Below, piece after piece: positions 52,967 through 61,500 of a stretch of DNA of 64,000 nt. Every line of letters starts with the position of its first letter. The stretch's first letter is position 1. Location of the stretch: contig JACQQA010000005.1 of assembly GCA_016207245.1 (NCBI GenBank), positions 64,068 to 128,067 on the forward strand, read 5' to 3'. Below the pieces are notes generated by a model. That model had not been told where the DNA came from and searched no databases. It was given only the letters and a program-made list of their open reading frames with translations. Origin of the DNA: Candidatus Magasanikiibacteriota bacterium (GTDB taxonomy: Bacteria; Patescibacteriota; Patescibacteriia; Magasanikbacterales; UBA922). The translations under genes and the position numbers were made by a program.

Positions 52967-53043
52967 GGGTTCGTAGCTCAGTTGGTTAGAGCGCCACATT
53001 GACATTGTGGAGGTCAGAGGTTCAACTCCTCTCGGACCCACCA
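52967..53043 (+). tRNA. tRNA-Val (anticodon GAC), CCA encoded
   Basis: Acceptor GGGTTCG/CGGACCC, anticodon arm CCACA-ttGACat-TGTGG, T-arm AGAGG-TTCAACT-CCTCT. It starts on the nucleotide after the relE stop codon. Confidence 0.95.
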
Positions 53044-53051
53044 AGGGTAAA

Positions 53052-53128
53052 GCGCGTGTAGCTCAGTTGGTTAGAGCGCGTCACTGATAATGACGAGGTC
53101 CCTGGTTCAAATCCAGGCATGCGCACCA
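53052..53128 (+). tRNA. tRNA-Ile (anticodon GAU), CCA encoded
   Basis: Acceptor GCGCGTG/CATGCGC, anticodon arm CGTCA-ctGATaa-TGACG, T-arm CCTGG-TTCAAAT-CCAGG. Confidence 0.95.
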
Positions 53129-53263
53129 AAATCTGACTTCCAAATTCTATTAGTGTCTATTCGTGGCCGCTATATTGGTGGGCTAAATTTGCATTTTTTC
53201 CATTTTTATTATATACTTTTGACAGTGGATAACTTATTCTTCTAAATGTAAGAAGCAAGTTTT

Positions 53264-53875
53264 ATGTTAGAAAAAGAGCCGGAGGAACTAGACAAAAAAA
53301 TCGTGGGCGAGCGCGAGAAAAGTTTTTTGGCCTCGGCCGGTTTGTTTTTTTTGGAGTTGATTAAGATAGTGATTTTAGCCGGCGTAACCATTGGGTTGGT
53401 GCGGTATTTTTTGTTTAAGCCGTTTTATGTGCGCGGGCAATCAATGGAGCCGAATTTTTACGAAAAAGATTATTTGATTATTGACGAGTTAAGCTATCGT
53501 TTGCGCGAACCGGTGAGAGGCGAAGTGATTGTTTTTAAAGCCCCAAACGGAAGCAAAGATTATTATTTAAAACGAATCGTCGGTTTGCCGGGCGAACGGG
53601 TGAAAGTCAGCGACAATAAAATTATTATTTATAATAATGAATATCCGCAGGGAATGGTTTTGCCGGAAATGTATCTGAATAAAATAACTGTCGGCGAAAT
53701 TGACCAAACTCTCGGTCCGAATGATTATTTTGTTTTGGGCGACAACCGCGGCGCGAGCTATGACTCGCGGCGTTTTGGTCCGATTGAAAAAGGAACCATT
53801 GTCGGCCGGGCGTGGTTGCGCGGCTGGCCGTTTGCCAGAGCCGCGGCTTTCAGCGCGCCGCAGTATGAATTATAA
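53264..53875 (+). CDS. lepB: Signal peptidase I
   Basis: TM anchor, catalytic-Ser box RGQSMEPNF, Lys box YYLKRIVGLPGE, and GDNRGASYDSR. Confidence 0.9.
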   Translation: MLEKEPEELDKKIVGEREKSFLASAGLFFLELIKIVILAGVTIGLVRYFLFKPFYVRGQSMEPNFYEKDYLIIDELSYRLREPVRGEVIVFKAPNGSKDYYLKRIVGLPGERVKVSDNKIIIYNNEYPQGMVLPEMYLNKITVGEIDQTLGPNDYFVLGDNRGASYDSRRFGPIEKGTIVGRAWLRGWPFARAAAFSAPQYEL

Positions 53876-53896
53876 AAAAATTAACGTTGTTTATTT

Positions 53897-55387
53897 ATGT
53901 TAAAAAAATCCATGAAGAAAATTAAAAAAACAGTAAAGAGTGTTTCAAAAAAACGCGCGGAAGAGCCGGCTAAAAAAAATATTCAGGAAGAAAAAAAGCT
54001 GATTCTTGCCGCCGGACTGGAAGACGACGAACAGCTGGTGGTAAAAGGGCCGAAAGGAAAATTGCCCTCGCTTCTGCGCGGGATGAAAGATGTTTTACCG
54101 AAAGATTGGCCATATTGGAAAAAGATTTATCATACCGCGGAGAATATTGCCGAGGCATACGGATTTGGCTATATGGAAACGCCGGTTTTGGAAGAAGCGT
54201 CATTATTCACCCGCTCCATCGGCCGGGGAACTGATATTATAGAAAAGGAAATGTATGTGTTTGACGACCGCGATGGCACGCGCGTGGGAATGAGGCCGGA
54301 GTTTACGGCCGGCGCTGTCCGCGCGTATATCAGCCACGGCATGCATACCTTGCCTCAGCCCGTGAAACTATGGTCATTCGGCCAGCTGTTCCGCCATGAT
54401 CGTCCGCAAGCCGGGCGCTATCGCCAACTGCACCAATTTAACTGCGAGAGTTTTGGCGCGCATGATCCCGCGGTTGACGCGGAATTGATCGTCGTCGCTT
54501 ATAATTTTCTGCGTGATTTAGGAATAGAAACAATTGTGCAAATGAATAGCATCGGCACGTCGGAAGATCGGCAGAATTATTTGGTGGAATTGACCGGTTA
54601 TTTGCGGACAAAGCGCAGTTATTTATGCGAGGATTGCAAAAAGAGAATTACCCGCAATCCATTGCGGGTATTGGATTGCAAGAATGAATCCTGCCGCCCC
54701 ACTCTGGAAGAAGCTCCGCAGATTGTTGATTGGCTGTCAGAAGCGTCAAAAAATTATTTTATGAAAGTGCTGGAGTTTTTGGACGAGCTGGAAGTGCCAT
54801 ATACTTTGAAGCCGACACTGGTGCGAGGTCTGGATTATTACACCGAAACCGTGTTTGAAATTTATGAAGACCCTTCGACAAGCTCAGGGCAAGCCCCTTC
54901 GGCTGGTTCGACAGGCTCACCACAGGCAGGCGCAGGACAACAGAGCGCGTTATGCGGCGGCGGGCGCTATGATTTGTTGGTCGGAGAATTGGGTGGTCCG
55001 CCAACACCGGCCTGTGGTTTTGCCTTGGGTGTTGAGCGGGTGATGACAATTTTGCGCCGCAAGGCCGAGGAAAACAAAGATAAGATTGAAAAAGAATCCG
55101 GCGGCGTGTTTTTTGCCCACCTTGGAGAACAGGCAAGGCGGCGGACATTAAAAATGATTGAAGATTTGCGCCGCGATGGAGTAGTTCTGCATCACAGTCT
55201 TGGCAAAACCGCTCTTAAAGCTCAACTGGAATTAGCGAATAAATTTGCCGTCGCTTACACTTTAATTTTGGGGCAGAAAGAAGTCCAGGATGGCACGATT
55301 ATTATCCGCGATATGGAATCCGGGATTCAGGAAATTGTTGACCAAAAGAAGCTGAAGAGCGAGTTGGAGAAGAAGACGAAGATTTGA
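53897..55387 (+). CDS. hisS: Histidyl-tRNA synthetase with a Lys-rich N-terminal extension and an internal repeat-derived insertion
   Basis: Class II motifs (MRPEFTAGAVRAY, FGQLFRHDRPQAGRYRQLHQFNCE, GGGRYD) and an anticodon-binding C-terminal domain. A ~55-aa KK-rich N-terminal extension is present. An insertion ..PSTSSGQAPSAGSTGSPQAGAGQQ.. lies between YYTETVFE and GGGRYD. Confidence 0.9.
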   Translation: MLKKSMKKIKKTVKSVSKKRAEEPAKKNIQEEKKLILAAGLEDDEQLVVKGPKGKLPSLLRGMKDVLPKDWPYWKKIYHTAENIAEAYGFGYMETPVLEEASLFTRSIGRGTDIIEKEMYVFDDRDGTRVGMRPEFTAGAVRAYISHGMHTLPQPVKLWSFGQLFRHDRPQAGRYRQLHQFNCESFGAHDPAVDAELIVVAYNFLRDLGIETIVQMNSIGTSEDRQNYLVELTGYLRTKRSYLCEDCKKRITRNPLRVLDCKNESCRPTLEEAPQIVDWLSEASKNYFMKVLEFLDELEVPYTLKPTLVRGLDYYTETVFEIYEDPSTSSGQAPSAGSTGSPQAGAGQQSALCGGGRYDLLVGELGGPPTPACGFALGVERVMTILRRKAEENKDKIEKESGGVFFAHLGEQARRRTLKMIEDLRRDGVVLHHSLGKTALKAQLELANKFAVAYTLILGQKEVQDGTIIIRDMESGIQEIVDQKKLKSELEKKTKI

Positions 55388-55468
55388 CATTATCATACTT
55401 TTTCTTTATAATAACGCTATTATTCAAGCCCGTTGGGGCGTTAACTCACCTGAGGAGGTGAAAAAATT

Positions 55469-55732
55469 GTGTCGGAGATAAAACGAAAAAAAGGCGAATC
55501 ATTTGAGGCGTTTATGCGGCGCGTGAAACGGCGTTGGCTGTCATCCGGAAAGCTGATTCAGGCGAGGAAAATTCAGTTTTTTGAAGAGAAAAAAAGCAAG
55601 AACGAAAACCGCAAAAATACCATCAATCGCTTGCGAATGAGATCAAAAATGGAATATCTGCGCAAAGTTGGCAAACTGCCTCCGGAAGAAGAAGCGTTTG
55701 GCGCTCATCGGCAGTCCGGTAATCGGAAATAA
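55469..55732 (+). CDS. rpsU: 30S ribosomal protein S21
   Basis: GTG start 8 nt after GAGGAGGTG. ..ESFEAFMRRVKRRW..SGKLIQARK..FFEEKKSK is S21-like. Confidence 0.8.
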   Translation: MSEIKRKKGESFEAFMRRVKRRWLSSGKLIQARKIQFFEEKKSKNENRKNTINRLRMRSKMEYLRKVGKLPPEEEAFGAHRQSGNRK

Positions 55733-55735
55733 AAT

Positions 55736-56179
55736 ATGTCCATGCGTGAGGATATTTTAGCGGCGCAAAAGACCGCGCTGAAAGACGGCAACTCGGAAAA
55801 GTTGTCTGTCTTGCGTTTTCTTTGGTCCGCGGTCCGCAATGAAGAAATTGACAAGAAGAAAGATTTGAACGACGCGGAAATTCAGCAGATTGTCGCGCGG
55901 CAGATTAAACAGCTGAAAGACGCTTCGCAAGATTTTGCCGCATCCGGCCGGCAGGATTTGGTTGATAAAAATATAATGGAGATTGATTTGCTTGAAAAAT
56001 ATTTGCCGGCGCAGATGCCGGATGATGAATTACAGAAGATTGTTGAACAAGTAATTGCCGGAATGGGGCCGGTTACCGCCGGTGATACCGGAAAGGTGAT
56101 TGGGGCGGTGATGAAGATTGTTGCGGGGAAAGCGGAGGGAGGGAGAGTGAGGGAGATGGTGATAAAACTGTTAGGATAA
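55736..56179 (+). CDS. GatB/YqeY-domain protein
   Basis: 147 aa. ..ALKDGNSEKLSVLRFLWSAVRNEEI....EIQQIVARQIKQLKDA.. matches the YqeY family. Confidence 0.8.
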   Translation: MSMREDILAAQKTALKDGNSEKLSVLRFLWSAVRNEEIDKKKDLNDAEIQQIVARQIKQLKDASQDFAASGRQDLVDKNIMEIDLLEKYLPAQMPDDELQKIVEQVIAGMGPVTAGDTGKVIGAVMKIVAGKAEGGRVREMVIKLLG

Positions 56180-56333
56180 AAGAAATTTGTAATTTTTAAA
56201 CAATTTCCAATGATTTAATTTTCTAATTAACGATTCTTTGATTGGTTGTAGTATAATTTGGAAATTAAAAAATTAAATCATTGACTAAAAATTACAAATT
56301 ACAAATTAAAAATTCAACCTAATCCTCGGTTCC

Positions 56334-58427
56334 ATGCTTCCAAGGATTTTACACAATTTGCGAGTTAAAAAGTCCGCCAAAGTTCTGCTGATTTTATTTT
56401 TGGCGGTTTTTTTGTTTGTGGGCGTTGCGGCATACGCGCAAGGCGAGTTGAATTTTGGTTTACAGCCGGTTCAGAATAGCATCGGCTTGGCTTCAACTGA
56501 CATCAGAATCATTATCGCGCGGATTATTCGCGCGGTTTTGGGTTTGCTCGGGGTGATCGCGATTGTTATCATGATTTACGCCGGGTATACCATCATGACT
56601 TCCGGCGGGGATGAAGAGCAAGTGGTTTACGGCAAAAAAATAATGATTAACGGGGTAATCGGCCTCATCATTATTTTGTCTTCTTTGGCGATAGTGCAGT
56701 ATGTTTTGAACGCCTTGGGTCAAGCGACGGGCATGGCTGGTTTTGAAGGCGCAACTAAGCCCAAAATAGAAACTTTTGCGGGCAGCGGCGCGCTGGGCAA
56801 GATTATCAAGGATCATTATCCGGAAAAAGACCAGATCGGGGTTAAGCGCAACACCAAAATATCGGTAACTTTCGCCGAGCCGATTGATCCCTCAACGATT
56901 ATTTCCAATGATAATAATACTTGCTGGGGGCCGGCCGGGTTTCCGGTCGTATGCGACGATGCCAGCAAGACGCCGTATTATGGCGACTGTATTACCAACA
57001 AAGTGGACGCAACCGGCGCTCCGATAGCGTTTGATTGGAGTAAAGACTGCGACCACTTGTTGACTAAGAATGTGGAAATTTTTGCTTCCGGATTAGCAGA
57101 GAAAAAGTTGACGGAAGCCGCGGCCATGACCGTGTATGAAGATGGAGCCGTGAATAACGCCTACACTTTCGTGTTCAAGCCGTTTGAGCCGATTGGCGAT
57201 AGTTTGCAGGATATGTGGTATACGGTGAACCTGAATGGCGAGATTAAAAAGAAAGACGGTACGGGCGCGTTTGACGGCCAGCATTATAAATATTACACCT
57301 GGAATTTTAAAACCGACACCACGTTTGATTTTGATCCGCCGTTTGTCAAGAGCACCTATCCGATGTTGGGAGATAAGATCCCGCGCAATACGATTATCCA
57401 GATCAATTTCAGCGAGGCCATGGATCCGATAATGACGCAGGGTTTGTTAAAGAAAGACGGCGATTTTACCAATCTGATTTTCGGCAGTCCGGCGGTAAGC
57501 GGCGAGTGGAAGCTTTCCAATGGCTATGCCACTGCCGAATTTACGCCGAACGAAGAATGCGGCGAAAACAGCTGCGGCGACACGATGTATTGTCTGCAAA
57601 TTGACTGTAAGTTTACTGATAAAAATTGTCAGCAAGATTTGGCGATTTTAAATCGCACCGGCAGTTTGATTGATAAAAAAACTTTTGAAGCTAATCCGTT
57701 CAGCGGTTTGATGGATATGTCCGGCAACGCGCTTGACGGAAATAAAGATAGTGTTCCAAACGGCCAGCCGAACAACGGCATTAAAGGCGTGGATGGGGAT
57801 CTGCACTTAATCGGCGAGCCGGAAAAAGCTCCGGATAACTATTGGTGGAATTTTACGGTTAAAAACGAAATTGACCGCAAGTCGCCGTATGTTAATAAAG
57901 TAACGCCCGGATTGGATGCCGGCGGCGTGTCAAAAAACGCTTTCACGCAAATTACTTTCAGCCGTCCGATGTGGATTAGCACGCTGGATAATATCGCGTT
58001 GGAAGAATTTCCTGAAGCCAATGTGGATGGCAAGTGGATTGATTTTTGGTTTTTGCGCCGTTCGGAAACTGTCGGGGTAACGACCACTGTTGAATTAAAA
58101 CACCGCGAATATGGCGCGAATGGCGTTGATTATTTTTATTTACCAAAAGTTCCCAGCGCGGTCAAAAGTTTGAATCAGGCTTGTTTGTATCCGGGCTACG
58201 GGCCGGTGATGGTTAACGCCGGTGAATCGCCGGAGTGCGTTATCACAAAATACACCAAAGATGGCGCGCCTTTGGAAATTCCGGATACTTGCGTCAAGGT
58301 GACGGCCGATAGCAAAACCGACACCGGCTGTATTCAAACGAATGATAAGGCGGTTAATATTTTTCAACCGGATGTGGAAAAGTGCATGGAGTATCAAAAA
58401 TCAATTAGTATTAAGGTGGTAGAGTGA
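56334..58427 (+). CDS. Surface protein: T4SS-pilin-like two-helix N-terminal module plus three Big_5-type Ig-like domains
   Basis: Signal/TM, then IIRAVLGLLGVIAIVIMIYAGYTIMTSGGDEEQVVYGKKIMINGVIGLIIILSSLAIVQYVLN, the helix-loop-helix pattern of TrbC/VirB2-like 'pilin' proteins annotated in Patescibacteria. Three ..N(T/A)xIxxxF(S/A)EP(I/M)DP.. Ig-like segments follow. Confidence 0.7.
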   Translation: MLPRILHNLRVKKSAKVLLILFLAVFLFVGVAAYAQGELNFGLQPVQNSIGLASTDIRIIIARIIRAVLGLLGVIAIVIMIYAGYTIMTSGGDEEQVVYGKKIMINGVIGLIIILSSLAIVQYVLNALGQATGMAGFEGATKPKIETFAGSGALGKIIKDHYPEKDQIGVKRNTKISVTFAEPIDPSTIISNDNNTCWGPAGFPVVCDDASKTPYYGDCITNKVDATGAPIAFDWSKDCDHLLTKNVEIFASGLAEKKLTEAAAMTVYEDGAVNNAYTFVFKPFEPIGDSLQDMWYTVNLNGEIKKKDGTGAFDGQHYKYYTWNFKTDTTFDFDPPFVKSTYPMLGDKIPRNTIIQINFSEAMDPIMTQGLLKKDGDFTNLIFGSPAVSGEWKLSNGYATAEFTPNEECGENSCGDTMYCLQIDCKFTDKNCQQDLAILNRTGSLIDKKTFEANPFSGLMDMSGNALDGNKDSVPNGQPNNGIKGVDGDLHLIGEPEKAPDNYWWNFTVKNEIDRKSPYVNKVTPGLDAGGVSKNAFTQITFSRPMWISTLDNIALEEFPEANVDGKWIDFWFLRRSETVGVTTTVELKHREYGANGVDYFYLPKVPSAVKSLNQACLYPGYGPVMVNAGESPECVITKYTKDGAPLEIPDTCVKVTADSKTDTGCIQTNDKAVNIFQPDVEKCMEYQKSISIKVVE

Positions 58428-58430
58428 TCA

Positions 58431-58540
58431 CAAATTCCCTCCTCCCCGATATTCATCGGGATAAACTCCGGAGGGCGAGGGAGGTGTTGGCGGTAAGACA
58501 GCGAACACACCCCCTGCCCCTCTCCGAGAGGGGAGACTTA
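58431..58540. repeat. Composite hairpin element, intergenic copy of the one inside ORF 16512
   Basis: 58501-58535 (GCGAACACACCCCCTGCCCCTCTCCGAGAGGGGAG) matches 17175-17209 at 33/35. GGGAGGTGTTGG (58479-58490) matches 17296-17307. Contains the hairpins CCCCGAT-attc-ATCGGG and CCCCTCTCcgaGAGGGG. Confidence 0.8.
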
Positions 58541-58547
58541 GAGAGTT

Positions 58548-61500
58548 ATGTTATCAAGGTCAAAGCGAAAAATATTGTTGATAGCGGTGGCGGCAATAGT
58601 AGCGACCGGTATTTTGGCGTTCGCAGCTTCAGTTTTCGCGCAAGATGCGTCGTTGAATTTCGGTCTTAAACCGGTGGCTGAGGGGACAGGATTAGGCGGA
58701 CAAGATATTAGAATCACAATCGCGAAAATAATCCGCGCGGTTTTGGGTTTGCTCGGCATTATCGCGCTTGGCGTGATGCTGTACGGCGGATTTATGTATA
58801 TGACATCCGCCGGCGAGGAAGAAAAGATTTCTACCGCCAAAAAAGCTCTTACCAATGGCGTGATCGGCTTAGTAATAATTTTGTCGTCTTTGGCGTTGGT
58901 GCAGTTTATTCTCAACAAGCTCGGCGAAGCGACCGGAATGTTTGATACCACGACGGAGAAAGCGTGTTTGGATGAAGAATACGCATTTTTGCATCCGGAG
59001 CTGTGCCAGCCTGTAGAGTTCGGGGATTTTTGCACTCAATATCCGTCCAATCAATTTTGCTGTAAAGATGACACGGTGTTTTACGCGAAGAGCATCACGC
59101 CGGTTACCGATAATACCGGCATGCATAATGTGGCGGTAAGGGCGTTATTCAACAAAAACATTAAAATCGGCGACGCGGCTAAAGTGTTCGGGATTGATTT
59201 TGGCGGTCAAGACATAAGCAATAAATTTGATTACGAATTTTTAGGCGATAATAAAAGCGGGAATCAGATTGGCGTGCAGGCGAATTATAAAGCTGGCGCA
59301 GAAATCTGTGATGATGGCACGCCGTGTTTGAATGGCGGCGATTACAAGGTGGCGGTGGCGAATAATTTAGAAAGCCAAGATGGTTTGCCGATAACAGAGA
59401 AAACGAGCTGTGGAGATTTCCCGTTAAACGCGGGATTCAAAACGCCTGATGCGGGCGGGAAAGTGAAGGATGAGACAGCGCCGGTTTTATCAGCGATTAA
59501 AATCAATGGTTCAACCGAAGCGGACCAGGCGCTTAAGCCGGGCAAAGTTTATGCCATGGAAACAAACGTTACCGATAATAGCGGTTTTGGGTATCTTAAT
59601 TTCAAAATCGACAAAGAGATCGCTGGGGGCGGCAAAGAACAAGTCTTTGGTTTTTACGACGGTCCGACCGTGAAACACGGCTCTGACGCGCCGGAAGCGA
59701 ATCCGTATCAATTTATTTATCCGCTGTTGACTGATAAAAATCCGGAAAAATTAACGCACTACTCTTTAGAAGTTGAAGCGTGGGACATAGACCACAATAG
59801 CGCGAAGCAGGAGATTAGCTATGTTTTGGGAGAACAAAAAGGAACCGGCGACACCTGTTCTGCGGATTGGGAATGCGACTCCAGCCAATGCAGTGGCGGA
59901 GTTTGCGTCGCCCAGCCGAAAATTTTAGATGTTTATCCGTTGAATGGCGCGGCCGGAAATTGGATTACGATTGTGGGAAATTATTTTGGCGATGATGAAG
60001 GAAAAATTGAATTTGCTTACGATGACAATCATGACGGCAAAATTGATGACGCGGATACTTGGCAAAAAACGTTTCCGGTTGATTGCGAAGGCGAGGATAT
60101 TTGGACGGATAATTGGGCGATTATCGGCGTTCCGAGTGATAAGAATTTACCGTTGGGTTCCAAAAGCGCTATCCGTTTGACTCGGTTTGATTCAACCGCG
60201 GAATTGCCGTTGTTGGATTACAGCATAGATAATTTTGGCCCGAAACCGGGCGGCGACGGTTTGTTTGAAAAAAATAATATCAAGCGTCCGGGCTTGTGCA
60301 GCGTGAAAACAGTCGGCGAAGGCGCGATTCCGGCGGGCGCGGCTTTCGGGCCGCCGGGCGCCGCGGTGAAAGCAATGGGCGATGCTTTGGGGGCGGGAGT
60401 GAATAGCGGTCTGTTTTTCGGCGGCGCAATTGATAAGCAGACCAAACAATTGGCCGGCGGTTTGCAGGCGTCAGTCGCGAACGGCGATTGGACAGACAAA
60501 CTTATCACCGCCAAAGTGCCAAACAATATGGCTAATGGGAAAGTGGCGGTTTACGCGAAAGTCGGCGCTGAATCCAGCAATGGTGTGCCGTTTTTGATTG
60601 ATTCTTCAAGCGCTGAGGATAAGATTCCGGTGATAGAGCAGATTGATCCGGAATCAGCCACGCCCGGAAGTTTGATAACTATTTCCGGCAAAGGTTTTGG
60701 CTACAAACCCGGCGAGATTTATTTGGCGCAAAATTTAAATAATGAAATTAAGCAGTGTGTTAAGGCAGGCGGTCTCGGTTGTATTAAACTCAACACCACT
60801 TTGCCCGGCGAATGCGGAATAAATTGGACGCCGACGCAGATCATCGCGCAGGTACCATTATATGCGGGAATTAAAAATTATCAATTGATTTTAGAAAATG
60901 AATGGGAAGTGGCAAGCGATGGGCAGGAAAAGTTTGCCGTTATCGCGGGCAAGCCGGCGCCGGGGATTTGCAAGATTCAACCCAATTCCGGTCCGGCGCC
61001 TTTGCCAAACGGACAATTTTTGGATATTTACGGCATTAATTTTAAAAATCCGCATGAAAATTATTTTTGGCGGAACGGAGCATTGATTAAAGATATAAAT
61101 ACCTGGCTAAGCGGCGATGAGGCCGATGAAGAAATAAATCAAGAGGGAACGCATATTTCAAAAGTGCAGATACCAGTTGAAAGCGGCAAGAGCATGCAGT
61201 CGGGTCCGATTAAAATCGGTACGGACGATAAATTCAGCAATGGCGTTAAATATACCGTGGAAAATTGTCAAACCGCCAACAAAACTTTGAGTGACGCGAT
61301 GAAAACGAGCGGTTATCAATGCTGTACGGTTGACGGTCCGGATAATGGCATCTGGAAATCCTCCAATTATATTTGCGGGGATGAAAAACGTGAAGGCGGG
61401 TACGTGTGGCGTTTTACCACCGGTATTATTCCGATTTTGCCGCAAGTAATGGAAGAGTGCAATGAGGTTGATTGGAATAAGCCGGATAAAATTATCGCTT

